A stretch of DNA of 64,000 nt from Promethearchaeota archaeon. Its GTDB lineage: Archaea > Asgardarchaeota > Lokiarchaeia > Sigyniarchaeales > SOKP01. The stretch's first letter is position 1. Each line of letters starts with the position of its first letter. The position numbers and the translations under genes were made by a program. Under the pieces are notes generated by a model. The model searched no databases. It saw only the letters and a list, made by a program, of their open reading frames with translations, and was not told where the DNA came from. The stretch lies in contig JAEOTA010000043.1 of assembly GCA_016840085.1 (NCBI GenBank), positions 32,488 to 96,487 of the forward strand, read 5' to 3'. Below are positions 29,377 to 39,427 of the stretch, piece after piece.

Positions 29377-30279
29377 TCACAATTCTGATGTAGGATTTTT
29401 ATCCATGCAAGGAACTCCAAATTGACAAAATGCACATCCGACAGGAAAAGTAGCAGGTCTCAATTTACCATCAACCCGACGGATATGAGGTTTTAAAATT
29501 GTACCAATTCTTGCAACTACTTTTCTTGCTACTTTTCGACCATATTCATAACATTTAACTTTATCATGTCCTTTTTCTGTTATAGCTTTAGCGGGACATT
29601 TTTCCACACACATTTTACAAGTACCATTTGAATAATATAAACAATTTCCATATGGGTTATCACTCTTTCTTGGTGTAATTTTGAGAGGTGCATCAGTTAC
29701 AACAGAAGTTAATCTAATATTACACCCAACCTCAGTAATCAAGCCCTCATGTAAACTAAATGTTCCTAAACCAGTTGCAAATGCTATATGACGTTCTGAC
29801 CAAGTTGAGTAAAATCTTCCCTTAGCAATTATTGTAAATGAATCACTTAACATTCCAGCTACAGCTCCATAACTTTTTTTCTTAAAAAAATCAATAATCT
29901 TTCTACATGTTTCCTTCTTAAAAGCATTAGCATAGTTCCTTCCCACAGAATAAATTTCTGCAGGAAGTATTACTCGTAATAATTCTTTTACATTTCTACT
30001 TTCTTTTCGAATTTTATCAACAAAAGGGAATACGATTGAAATAACACGTAGATCTGAAGCTTTTAAATAATCTTGACCTTCTCCTAACCATAATTCAAGA
30101 GGAGTTAAATGTTCTGAACCTACAACTTCTTTAAACTTCTGAAAAATTGGGTCATCACCGCTAGCAACACCAATTTTGGGATTGGAAAAGATTTTACCAC
30201 CACCATAATTTTCATGAAGGCGATTAAGTTTGCTGGTTTCAAAAAAAGAAGTTAGAAACTGATATAATTCATCAATCAC
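29377..30279 (-). CDS. QueG/reductive-dehalogenase-like 4Fe-4S protein
   Basis: WSERH.A..GLG.F, G..IRL.SVVTD, C....C..C...CP..AI, C..CQ..VPC. Confidence 0.75.
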   Translation of the reverse strand: MIDELYQFLTSFFETSKLNRLHENYGGGKIFSNPKIGVASGDDPIFQKFKEVVGSEHLTPLELWLGEGQDYLKASDLRVISIVFPFVDKIRKESRNVKELLRVILPAEIYSVGRNYANAFKKETCRKIIDFFKKKSYGAVAGMLSDSFTIIAKGRFYSTWSERHIAFATGLGTFSLHEGLITEVGCNIRLTSVVTDAPLKITPRKSDNPYGNCLYYSNGTCKMCVEKCPAKAITEKGHDKVKCYEYGRKVARKVVARIGTILKPHIRRVDGKLRPATFPVGCAFCQFGVPCMDKNPTSEL

Positions 30280-30369
30280 TAGGTATTACCTTTTATTCCT
30301 CTTTAGATAACTATTTTTACCAAAGGAAATTATATAAATTTAATTAATAATTCTGGGTTTGAATAATTT

Positions 30370-31479
30370 ATGTTAAAAGTAGGGATCATTGGCACAGGAG
30401 TTATCTTTGATCTTAATATATTAGGATATTTAAGACGAAGTGATGTGAAAATCACTTGTTTATGCAATAGAACTGTTGAAAAAGCCAAACAAAAAGTTGA
30501 AAAATTCAATTTAGATAAGAACATCCCCATTTACTCTGATTATAAGGAAATGTTAGATAAGGAAGATTTGGATATTGTAGAGATACTTTTACCACATTAT
30601 CTTCATGCTGAAGCGACTATTTATGCCGCTCAAAAAGAGATAAAGGGAATTTCGGTTCAAAAACCTATGGCTACGACGTTAAAAGAAGCAGATGATATGA
30701 TTAAAGCTTGTAAAAAAACCAACTCAATACTTTCGATTTATGAGAATTTTATTTTTGCGCCTCATATAAAGAGAGCAAAAGAACTATTAGATGATGATTA
30801 TATCGGAGACCTATCATCAATTCGGATTAAAACAGCTATGGGAACTAAGGGTGGTTGGCAAATTCCAGAAAACGCAACGAAATGGAGAAAAGATCCAAAA
30901 AAGATAGGAGGTGCAAAAAAAGGATCTCCGATTTTATTAGATAATGGATGGCATGCTTTTTCCTTGGCATGGTGGTTTTTCAAAGAAGAAATTGAAAAAG
31001 TATTCTCATGGACAGGTAATTATCAAGGATTGGACGCTCCAGCTTATGTAATGTTTAAATATAAACAAAGTAAAGAACATGTAGTTCCTCAATATGGAAA
31101 TATGGAATTTACCTTAATGCCAGAAATGAATTTCTCAGATTCAAAATACTATCCTGTAGATGAATTTATTGAGATTATAGCTAGTCGTGGTATAATGAAG
31201 ATAAACCAAGGCACGTCCATAGGAAATAAGATATCTGAATCAGAAGTTTTTCCTCCTATTGTTATTATAAGAGATGGTAAAGTAGAAACATACACAGATT
31301 TTGAAAAAGACTGGAAATACAGCTTTATTAATGCAACAAATCATTTTATAGATGCAATAAAAAATAATGATGAACCTTTACTTTCTGGCGATCAGGCAAG
31401 ATATATTCTAAAATTTGATCTAGCTGCTATCAAATCTGTTGAAGAAGGAAGAGATATATTTCTTGACGATTTTAATTAA
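30370..31479 (+). CDS. Gfo/Idh/MocA family oxidoreductase
   Basis: KVGIIGTG, P..LH, VQKPMA, D.G.H. Confidence 0.9.
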   Translation: MLKVGIIGTGVIFDLNILGYLRRSDVKITCLCNRTVEKAKQKVEKFNLDKNIPIYSDYKEMLDKEDLDIVEILLPHYLHAEATIYAAQKEIKGISVQKPMATTLKEADDMIKACKKTNSILSIYENFIFAPHIKRAKELLDDDYIGDLSSIRIKTAMGTKGGWQIPENATKWRKDPKKIGGAKKGSPILLDNGWHAFSLAWWFFKEEIEKVFSWTGNYQGLDAPAYVMFKYKQSKEHVVPQYGNMEFTLMPEMNFSDSKYYPVDEFIEIIASRGIMKINQGTSIGNKISESEVFPPIVIIRDGKVETYTDFEKDWKYSFINATNHFIDAIKNNDEPLLSGDQARYILKFDLAAIKSVEEGRDIFLDDFN

Positions 31480-32741
31480 TCTAATAATAAATCTTTATCA
31501 TATTTCAATTCTTTATGAATCAAACCTTGTTTCATACCTTTTCTTAAATCCTTTCTTTTTCTGGCGAAAAATTTATGTAATCCTGCACTATCAACATCTT
31601 TAGGTGCTTCAACAAAACAGGATCGATTTTTCTCATTTTCAGGAGTAATTTCTTCCCAAAAAACAGTTCTTTTTTGCTGGTCTGAGATGTGTGCCATCTT
31701 AGCAAAGATAGATAGATTTTTTCCTTGTTCTCCAGTATAAATAGGTTCTCCGCCACTCTTCATAACTTCTATGAACTGTTCTGTTGACTTTATAAAAGAG
31801 TATCTCCAATCTCTTGGTAGGTTATTTCCATATGTGTTTATTTCTCCATTGCTACACACTACAATTGGAGGGAACTGGGGACTATTTGATACAAAATTAC
31901 CACCGCATGTACATTGATTTATCCACACTAGTCCTTTTGTACCAGATATTTCAATAAATTCATCACACACATAGTAGTTACTAGGGTAATATAGATTTGG
32001 AGCTAATGTAATTTCCATAGTACCAACTTTAGGAGGATCATCAGGATATTTGCTTGGATATTTCCAAAATATGTAACTTGGTCCATCATATACTACTGAA
32101 AAATAATCAATCCAGCTATATATTTTTTCAACTTGCTTTTGGCCCATTAGCCAGAGAGCCATAGAAAATTTATGAATACCATCATCGTAAACCCATGGAC
32201 CTCCACCGGTTATATCAAAATTCTGACGCCATCCAAGTGATTTAATATCTCTTGGCATACTGGGGCCTCCAGCCATTATTGAATTAATTCTAAAATTTAA
32301 TAATTCTCCAATAATCCCATTATCCAGTAATTCTTTTGCTTTTAAGTAAATAGGATAAAAGCGAAAATTTTCAAATAATTTTAATTTAACTTTCTTTTCT
32401 TTGCATATATTTATCATTTTTTCGCAATCTGTTATTGTGTGAGCCATTGGTTTCTGAACCGAAATTCCTTGAACTCCTGCTTTAGCACAATATTCTGTCA
32501 TTGGTCCATGGAGATGATGAGGGGTTAAAATTTCGACTATATCTAAATCTTCCTTATCAACCATTTTCCGATAATCTGGATAAACTTTTAAGGTTCTCAA
32601 GCCCCATCGTTCTAATTTCTCTCTGGCATTCTTAATATCAATATCAGAAACAGCAATAAGTTCTGTATCTTGCGAATGAAGATATCCTAATACATTTAAG
32701 TTTGCAATATCACCGCAACCGATTATTCCAACTCTTAACAT
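31476..32741 (-). CDS. Gfo/Idh/MocA family oxidoreductase (paralog of 30370-31479)
   Basis: RVGIIGCG, TPHHLH, VQKPMA, GGG..DDGIH. Confidence 0.9.
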   Translation of the reverse strand: MLRVGIIGCGDIANLNVLGYLHSQDTELIAVSDIDIKNAREKLERWGLRTLKVYPDYRKMVDKEDLDIVEILTPHHLHGPMTEYCAKAGVQGISVQKPMAHTITDCEKMINICKEKKVKLKLFENFRFYPIYLKAKELLDNGIIGELLNFRINSIMAGGPSMPRDIKSLGWRQNFDITGGGPWVYDDGIHKFSMALWLMGQKQVEKIYSWIDYFSVVYDGPSYIFWKYPSKYPDDPPKVGTMEITLAPNLYYPSNYYVCDEFIEISGTKGLVWINQCTCGGNFVSNSPQFPPIVVCSNGEINTYGNNLPRDWRYSFIKSTEQFIEVMKSGGEPIYTGEQGKNLSIFAKMAHISDQQKRTVFWEEITPENEKNRSCFVEAPKDVDSAGLHKFFARKRKDLRKGMKQGLIHKELKYDKDLLLD

Positions 32742-32866
32742 AATTCATTAGCTAGCAAATAATATTCTTAATCTATTAAATTGACTTAAAATTTTAAATC
32801 TTTATAAAAATATATACATATCATTAAAAATTATAATTTAGCAATAGGAAATTTCAAGAGAAAACG

Positions 32867-33023
32867 ATGAAAGCAATATCCCTCTTTTTCAATATGCTTA
32901 ATAGAGATTTTCTACAAACTTATGATAATAAGCGGGTCAAATATCGGCGTTTATTCTCATTTTGTAAGTGATCATTGTCATTATTGGGAAGATGGAGGTT
33001 TATTTAAGGTAACTAAATTATGA
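32867..33023 (+). pseudogene. Eroded sulfatase gene
   Basis: MKAISLFFNMLNRDFLQTYDNKRVK (sulfatase N-terminus), then in another frame GVYSHFVSDHCHYWEDGG; its stop overlaps the maturase ATG. Confidence 0.7.
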
Positions 33024-34225
33024 ATTTTTCATTATTAATAAAACCTGTCTCAGCTGATTGTAATCTTAGATGTGAGTATTGTTTTTATATTGATCATCTA
33101 GATAATGTAGAAAAAAAACCAAGAATGTCTGATAATACATTAGAAGCCATGATTAAAAGTTATATGAAGACTGATCAAAACAATCAATACGCTTTTGGGT
33201 GGCAAGGTGGTGAACCTACATTATTGGGGATAAAATTCTGGGAAAGAGTTATAGAACTTCAAAAAAAATATGCACCCCCTGGAGCTGTTATTAGTAACGG
33301 ACTTCAAACTAATGGAACTCTTATTACAGATGAGATGGCACAATTTTTTGCGGAATATCGGTTTCTTCTTGGTGTAAGTCTTGATGGACCTGCATATCTC
33401 CATGATTATTACAGAAAAACAATAGGTCAGAAACCTACTCACTCACTTGTCATGCGTGGTATTGATCGATTAAAAAAATATCATGTTGATTTCAATATTC
33501 TAATTTTAGTTAATAATAAAACTGTAAAAAAAGCGAGAGAAATCTATCTTTATTTAAAAAATCATGGGTTCAATTACCACCAATACATTCCTTGTGTAGA
33601 ATTTGATGAAAACGGTAATCTCAAACACTTTTCCATAACAGGTGAAGAATGGGGTGATTTCTTATGTGAACTTTTTGATGAATGGATAAAAGAGGATATA
33701 AATCAGATCTCAATTCGATTATTTGACTCTATAATAAATTATTTAGTAAATAAACAATATACTGTCTGTTATATGGGAAGTGATTGCTGTCAATATTTTG
33801 TGGTTGAATATGATGGCAGCATTTATCCCTGTGATTTTTTTGTTCAAGAAAATCTATTATTAGGAAATATAATGAAAGGAGATTGGAGAGATTTCTTAAT
33901 ATCTCCTATTTATAAAAAATTTGGAAAACAAAAATCTTTATGGAATGACTACTGCGATAAATGCTCATATCTTAATTTATGTCATGGAGATTGTCAGAAA
34001 TTTCGTAGTGGTGATTATAAATCCTTAAAAAAATTAAGTGTTTTATGTAAAGGATGGAAAAAATTTTATACTTATAATTTATCCCAATTTGAGATACTGG
34101 CAAAAAATTTAAGAGATAATAAAGAAGTTAATGGATCATTTCAAATAAAAAGAAAAAAAATTAATCGTAATTCACCTTGCCCCTGTGGAAGTGGAAAAAA
34201 ATTTAAAAACTGCTGTCTAAGATGA
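33020..34225 (+). CDS. Anaerobic sulfatase-maturating radical SAM/SPASM enzyme with SEC-C tail
   Basis: KPVSADCNLRCEYCFY, WQGGEPTL, QTNG, SLDGP, YPCDFFV, C..C....C.G.C, RNSPCPCGSGKKFKNCC. Confidence 0.92.
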   Translation: MNFSLLIKPVSADCNLRCEYCFYIDHLDNVEKKPRMSDNTLEAMIKSYMKTDQNNQYAFGWQGGEPTLLGIKFWERVIELQKKYAPPGAVISNGLQTNGTLITDEMAQFFAEYRFLLGVSLDGPAYLHDYYRKTIGQKPTHSLVMRGIDRLKKYHVDFNILILVNNKTVKKAREIYLYLKNHGFNYHQYIPCVEFDENGNLKHFSITGEEWGDFLCELFDEWIKEDINQISIRLFDSIINYLVNKQYTVCYMGSDCCQYFVVEYDGSIYPCDFFVQENLLLGNIMKGDWRDFLISPIYKKFGKQKSLWNDYCDKCSYLNLCHGDCQKFRSGDYKSLKKLSVLCKGWKKFYTYNLSQFEILAKNLRDNKEVNGSFQIKRKKINRNSPCPCGSGKKFKNCCLR

Positions 34226-34450
34226 CATTTTTAAGCAGGGATTAAGTTATTTTCTTACTATTTCTTTTATTTATCATAATTTTCTTGAATTTAGTTTTGT
34301 CTGGAGATCCCCGACAAATAGCTCCATTTCTCATTTTAATTGTTTTATTTTCGAATAATTATTAAAAAATAAAACTTTAAAATAAAATGACATTTCAAAC
34401 TATAACCTTAGTATTTATTTTTAAAAAAAGATATTGGGTTGAATATAAAA

Positions 34451-34876
34451 ATGGTTGACGAAAATTTAGTAAATGAGTTAAAAGAAATGAGGAGCAAAGG
34501 TCCAGGCCAACCTTCTGATGCTCTTAAAATGTATGAATTTATTAAGCAACTAGCTGCAGAAAATGAAGAATTAAAAGAAGAATTAGAAGATATGGATAAA
34601 ATGGTTGTCCAAATGGAAGTAACTGATGTAGATTATAAATATTGGGTAAGTTTTGGTGAAGGTGAAGTTAATTATGGTGAAGGTGTAAGTGATGACGCAA
34701 CTGTTACTATGAAAGCAGCTGGAGCAACTTGGACCGGATTGAGTTCAGGTGAGATTGATTCTACTAGTGCATATATGTCGGGAGATCTTGTTATAGAAGG
34801 AAATCTTCAGGATGCAATTGCATATGGAGAGACGCTCGGGCTTGCTATGGAACTAGGTGCAGAATTCTTAGAATAA
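34451..34876 (+). CDS. SCP2 sterol/lipid-binding domain protein
   Basis: GEID.TSAYMSGDL.IEGNL. Confidence 0.85.
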   Translation: MVDENLVNELKEMRSKGPGQPSDALKMYEFIKQLAAENEELKEELEDMDKMVVQMEVTDVDYKYWVSFGEGEVNYGEGVSDDATVTMKAAGATWTGLSSGEIDSTSAYMSGDLVIEGNLQDAIAYGETLGLAMELGAEFLE

Positions 34877-35013
34877 ATTACTTCTTTTAATAATTTCCTT
34901 TTTTTTTTATATTAATTCTAAATAATAAATTTTAATTTATAACATAAGAATCATTTTTAAGTTGTAATAGTTTTAATTGTATTTTCAATGAAACTATTTT
35001 GGTCTAAAAATAG

Positions 35014-36207
35014 GTGAATGCTTTAAATTCAATTGAACGAGTAAAATCAGCCCTTAATTTCACAGGTCCAGATAAGGTTCCAATATGGAGATTTGGTAGT
35101 GGAAGTGATGTTTATGTTCTTGCCGCTTGGCCAAGTAAGAACTGGAGACCTGGGCATGCTGAAAATGAGATTGGTTTATTTCCGTATGGAAGTGAATACC
35201 TAATAAAATATGGATTATGGAAATGGGATAAACCCGAATGGGCTAAAGATCCTAAATATAAAGATTGGCTAAACTTACCAAGAGAAGAAATTGATGAATT
35301 TGGAACTATATGGATAAAGGGGGGTATAAATACAATGGGACATCCGGGAAGACCCTCACTTACAGATTTTAGCGCATTTGATGAATATTTTGAAAAATAT
35401 ACTCCAAATTTCGATGAAGAAAGCCGATATTCTTTTAGTGTTCAATTAAGCAAAACAAGAACCAAAAAAAAATATCGTATGTGCTCTCTTGGTCTTGGAC
35501 CATTTCAAATTGCCAGTCAGATGCGAGGTTTTAATAGGTTTTTAGTAGATCATTACAAGAATAAAAATGAGCTAAGGAAGCTTTTAAAATATCTTATACA
35601 TATTTATGTTAATTATGAAAAAATGTGGGTAAAATATGATGCTAAACCCCATGGATTTGTTATCTATGATGATCTGGGTGAACAACGAGGGCCCTTTTTC
35701 AGCCCAAAGTTATTTAAAGAATTCTACGAACCAGTGTATAGACCTTTAATTGAAACTGCGCATGAATTAGGTTGTGAATTTCATTTACATTGCTGTGGAA
35801 AGATCGATCCCATAATTCCTTTATTGATTGAATGGGGATTAGATGCAATTGAACTTGATAGCCCCCGAATGACAGGATACCCTGAATTAAATCAATTCAG
35901 AAGAAAAATTATGATATGGGCATGCATAAATATTCAATCGATTTATACGCAAGGAACACCAGAAGAATGTGAAAGAGAAGTTTGGCATATGATTCGTAAT
36001 TTAGGAACTCGAGAAGGGGGTTTTGGTGCTTATTTCTATCCACAAGTAGACCATATTCAAGTACCTGAGTCAAATATTAATGCTTTCATTAAAGGCTTAG
36101 AAAAATATGGTGTTTACAATAATATTCCAGAACATTGGTGGACATCTCCCTTAATTGATGAGTGGAAATACAATAGTGTACCTCCATTGCCACCAAACAA
36201 GCCTTAA
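35014..36207 (+). CDS. Uroporphyrinogen decarboxylase / MtaA-CmuA methyltransferase family protein
   Basis: ERV..AL.F..PDKVP, DE.G..W, DDLG.Q, SP..FKEFY.P, HLHCCG. Confidence 0.82.
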   Translation: MNALNSIERVKSALNFTGPDKVPIWRFGSGSDVYVLAAWPSKNWRPGHAENEIGLFPYGSEYLIKYGLWKWDKPEWAKDPKYKDWLNLPREEIDEFGTIWIKGGINTMGHPGRPSLTDFSAFDEYFEKYTPNFDEESRYSFSVQLSKTRTKKKYRMCSLGLGPFQIASQMRGFNRFLVDHYKNKNELRKLLKYLIHIYVNYEKMWVKYDAKPHGFVIYDDLGEQRGPFFSPKLFKEFYEPVYRPLIETAHELGCEFHLHCCGKIDPIIPLLIEWGLDAIELDSPRMTGYPELNQFRRKIMIWACINIQSIYTQGTPEECEREVWHMIRNLGTREGGFGAYFYPQVDHIQVPESNINAFIKGLEKYGVYNNIPEHWWTSPLIDEWKYNSVPPLPPNKP

Positions 36208-36353
36208 AAAATGTATTGCTTTCCCCCACTCTTCACAAATTTTTTGTTTTCTTACTAAAAATATTCGGAAGATTCGGAAAGTCCTATTTGTTAATAAAGT
36301 CTTTAAAGTAAGAATACTTTTTTGGCTTAATACTTAATAGAATTGATACAAAA

Positions 36354-37103
36354 ATGAATGGAATTCTCTCTGACCTTGGAATTGTCGGAATTACTTACTT
36401 ATACGTTATTTTATCTATTTTTATCCCGCTAATATTATATAAAAAAGAAAAAATTTCTAAATTTGCTGCGCGAAAAGCTGTACACATGTCTGCAGGATTA
36501 GCAATACTAAGTTCCCCATTTTTTTTTTGGCCATTTTGGCCCACAATTATAGCAGCATCTCTCACAATGTTAGTATTTTTCAGTTCAAAAGAGTCTAAGG
36601 TAAAACAACTAAAAGATTTATACGATGCTATCTCTGAGGAACAGGAAGAAGGTTTGAAGAGAGCTTTTCTTCAAGGTCCTTTTTTTTATTGCCTTTCAAT
36701 TACTTCTTTAGTACTTATTTTTGCTATTTTTGCCCCGGACCAATTCTATTTTCCAATAGCAGGCGTTTTAATAATGATAGTTGCTGATACTTTAGCTTCA
36801 GTAATAGGAAAACGTTGGGGAAAAATAGGATTAAGTCTACCTTGGACAAATTCAAAAAGAACCCTTGAGGGATCCTCAACATTCTTCGTAAGCGCATTTT
36901 TATTATGTTTTCTATCGTTTTTTCTATTTGGTTTACTAATTCCAACTTTTCAAGAACCTTTATCTTTTCCTACGATTCTAATTTATTCATTAATTACTAG
37001 CGCAATTGCTACCATAATTGAGCTAATTTCTCCAAGCACGAGTGATGATTTAACTGTTCCAATAGGTAGCACATTAATTATATATGTATTAACTTTACTA
37101 TAG
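36354..37103 (+). CDS. Phytol/farnesol/dolichol kinase family membrane protein
   Basis: RK.VH, G..FY, D.LAS.IG.R.G, KRTLEGS, E......DDL.VP. Confidence 0.82.
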   Translation: MNGILSDLGIVGITYLYVILSIFIPLILYKKEKISKFAARKAVHMSAGLAILSSPFFFWPFWPTIIAASLTMLVFFSSKESKVKQLKDLYDAISEEQEEGLKRAFLQGPFFYCLSITSLVLIFAIFAPDQFYFPIAGVLIMIVADTLASVIGKRWGKIGLSLPWTNSKRTLEGSSTFFVSAFLLCFLSFFLFGLLIPTFQEPLSFPTILIYSLITSAIATIIELISPSTSDDLTVPIGSTLIIYVLTLL

Positions 37104-37169
37104 CTTCATGATTTTTATTATTCAATGTAAAATTTAATTATATAATATAAGGATTTCAAACTCTCTGTC

Positions 37170-38561
37170 ATGGAAAATACACAAAATTCTTATGATGTAA
37201 TTGTTGTTGGGGCTGGTACTGGAGGTACAACTGCTGCAAGATTTGCAGCTAAAAATGGTTTAAAAGTGTGTTTAATTGATAGAAAGCAAAGAGATCAAAT
37301 TGGGGATAAAATATGCGGTGACGCTGTAGGAAATGAAATTTTTGATTTTTTACATATAAATCATCCAAAAAACGAAGAATTATCATGTCACATAAAAGGA
37401 GCAAAACTTTATTCACCAAATCTTAAGAAATGTATTTCTTTGAAAGACCCCAAACAAGCAGGATATATTGTAAATAGACTAGAATTTGGACAGAGATTAT
37501 TGAATGAAGCACTTGATGCTGGTGTAGAGCAATTCTTAGATAATACTATGGCATTAGACTTATTGTATAAAAATGGAGAAGTTAATGGATTGAAGGTTAA
37601 ATTAGCAAATGGAGAAAGAACTGATCTTAAAGGTAATATACTAATTGATGGGAGTGGGTTTTATTCACCGTTAAGAAAGAATATAAGAAGCAATTTAGTT
37701 GAAAAGGAAATTTTAAAAGAAGATAGTATAATATGTTATCGAGAAATAGTTAAATTTCCTCCAAATGAACAAGAAGTCCAAGATCCTGAATATATCTCAA
37801 TTATTCTTGATCAAGAAAAGGCTCCGGGGGGTTATATCTGGTATTTTCCTAAGAATGAATCTTCTGTAAATATTGGAATAGGCTCTTTCATGGATTATGG
37901 GGGTAAAATCAAAAAATTATATCAAAATAATGTATTTAATGAATTTATAAAAACTTCACATTTTCACATAATCTCTACGGGAGGGGGTGTAGTTCCTGTA
38001 AGAAGACCATTGTGGTCATGCGCCGATAATAGAATCATATTTATTGGAGATGCTGGTTGTCAAGTTAATCCTCTCCATGGTGGTGGGATTGATCCCTCTA
38101 TGAGAGCCGGATTTTACGCAGCAAATTCCGCTATAAGCGCTACAGAAAGTGGTGATTATTCAATTAACAAATTATGGAATTATAATTATAATATAATGAC
38201 TAGTTTTGGATCTGAATTTGCTGCTTTAGATTTGTTAAGAATCGTTCTTCAGTCTCTTTCTAATGATGATTTAAATTTTGGGTTAGAACGTGATTTGTTA
38301 AGCGGAGATGAAATTTTACAAATATCATCAACTGGAGAATTGGATCTTTCTTTAATAAATATGGCAATTAAAGCATTCAAGGGTATTTCTCGTCCCAATT
38401 TATTATTAGATTTGAATTATCTTAGAATTAGAATGAAAGAGATCTCTACTCTCTATAATAAATTTCCCATTAAAATCGAAAATTTTTCAGAATGGAAAAA
38501 TAAAGTAATTAAAATTTATGATAAAATTAAAAGAATGATTTCTAATACTAAAAAGAAATAA
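37170..38561 (+). CDS. Digeranylgeranylglycerophospholipid reductase (geranylgeranyl reductase family)
   Basis: VVGAG.GG, K.CGD, APGGYIWYFP, GDAG.QVNPLHGGGI. Confidence 0.9.
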   Translation: MENTQNSYDVIVVGAGTGGTTAARFAAKNGLKVCLIDRKQRDQIGDKICGDAVGNEIFDFLHINHPKNEELSCHIKGAKLYSPNLKKCISLKDPKQAGYIVNRLEFGQRLLNEALDAGVEQFLDNTMALDLLYKNGEVNGLKVKLANGERTDLKGNILIDGSGFYSPLRKNIRSNLVEKEILKEDSIICYREIVKFPPNEQEVQDPEYISIILDQEKAPGGYIWYFPKNESSVNIGIGSFMDYGGKIKKLYQNNVFNEFIKTSHFHIISTGGGVVPVRRPLWSCADNRIIFIGDAGCQVNPLHGGGIDPSMRAGFYAANSAISATESGDYSINKLWNYNYNIMTSFGSEFAALDLLRIVLQSLSNDDLNFGLERDLLSGDEILQISSTGELDLSLINMAIKAFKGISRPNLLLDLNYLRIRMKEISTLYNKFPIKIENFSEWKNKVIKIYDKIKRMISNTKKK

Positions 38562-38584
38562 GAAATTATAAAGATGTGAGATAA

Positions 38585-39403
38585 ATGGTCGATATAGTAA
38601 TTGATGAATATATTGAGCAAGTTACGTATGAATATATAATTAATAAAATTAATAATGAAGGTGCGTTGCATTTTTCTTTAATAGATCCAGATCCCTTAAG
38701 ACAAGGACCAATTAAAGCTGCTAGGATGGCTAAATATGCTGAAGAAGCCGGAACTGATGCGATTTTAATTGGGGGGAGTACTGTCTTTGATCAGGGGTTT
38801 GTAGATAAAACAGTCTTAGCAATAAAGGAAAAAGTAGATGTTCCGATAATTATATTTCCTGGAGGTATTAGCAATATTTCTCAGCATGCTGATGCTATTT
38901 TTTTCATGTCTTTATTAAACTCATCTGATCCTTATTTTATTATTGGTCAACAAGCTCTTGCTTCATATACAATAAAAAGTACTAATCTTGAATGCATATC
39001 AATGGCTTATTTAATAATAGAACCAGGAGCTACTGCTGGATGGATTGGAGATGCAAGACTGCTTCCGAGAAATAAACCTAAATTAACAGCTGCATATGCC
39101 CTTGCAGCAGATATGATCGGATTTAAAATAGTGTATTTAGAAGCTGGTTCTGGAAGTGAAAGAATTCCAGTAGAACATATAAAAACAAGTTCACAAGTTC
39201 TAAATATTCCAATAATCGCAGGAGGAGGCGTTGAAAATAAAGATGATGCGAGAGCGTTTGTAGAAGCAGGTGCAGATATTATTGTGCAAGGGTCATTCAT
39301 CGAAAATCACATACTTAAAGATAATGGAAACTCTTTAAGAGAAATTATAGATAAAATTAAAGATTCTGGTAAATCGGTTAAGAAAAATTATAAATTAAAA
39401 TGA
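38585..39403 (+). CDS. Geranylgeranylglyceryl phosphate synthase (group II)
   Basis: LIDPD, IGGST, FPG, MSLLNS..P, YLEAGSG, GGG. Confidence 0.93.
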   Translation: MVDIVIDEYIEQVTYEYIINKINNEGALHFSLIDPDPLRQGPIKAARMAKYAEEAGTDAILIGGSTVFDQGFVDKTVLAIKEKVDVPIIIFPGGISNISQHADAIFFMSLLNSSDPYFIIGQQALASYTIKSTNLECISMAYLIIEPGATAGWIGDARLLPRNKPKLTAAYALAADMIGFKIVYLEAGSGSERIPVEHIKTSSQVLNIPIIAGGGVENKDDARAFVEAGADIIVQGSFIENHILKDNGNSLREIIDKIKDSGKSVKKNYKLK

Positions 39404-39427
39404 AAAACTATTTAAGTTGATGCTCAG

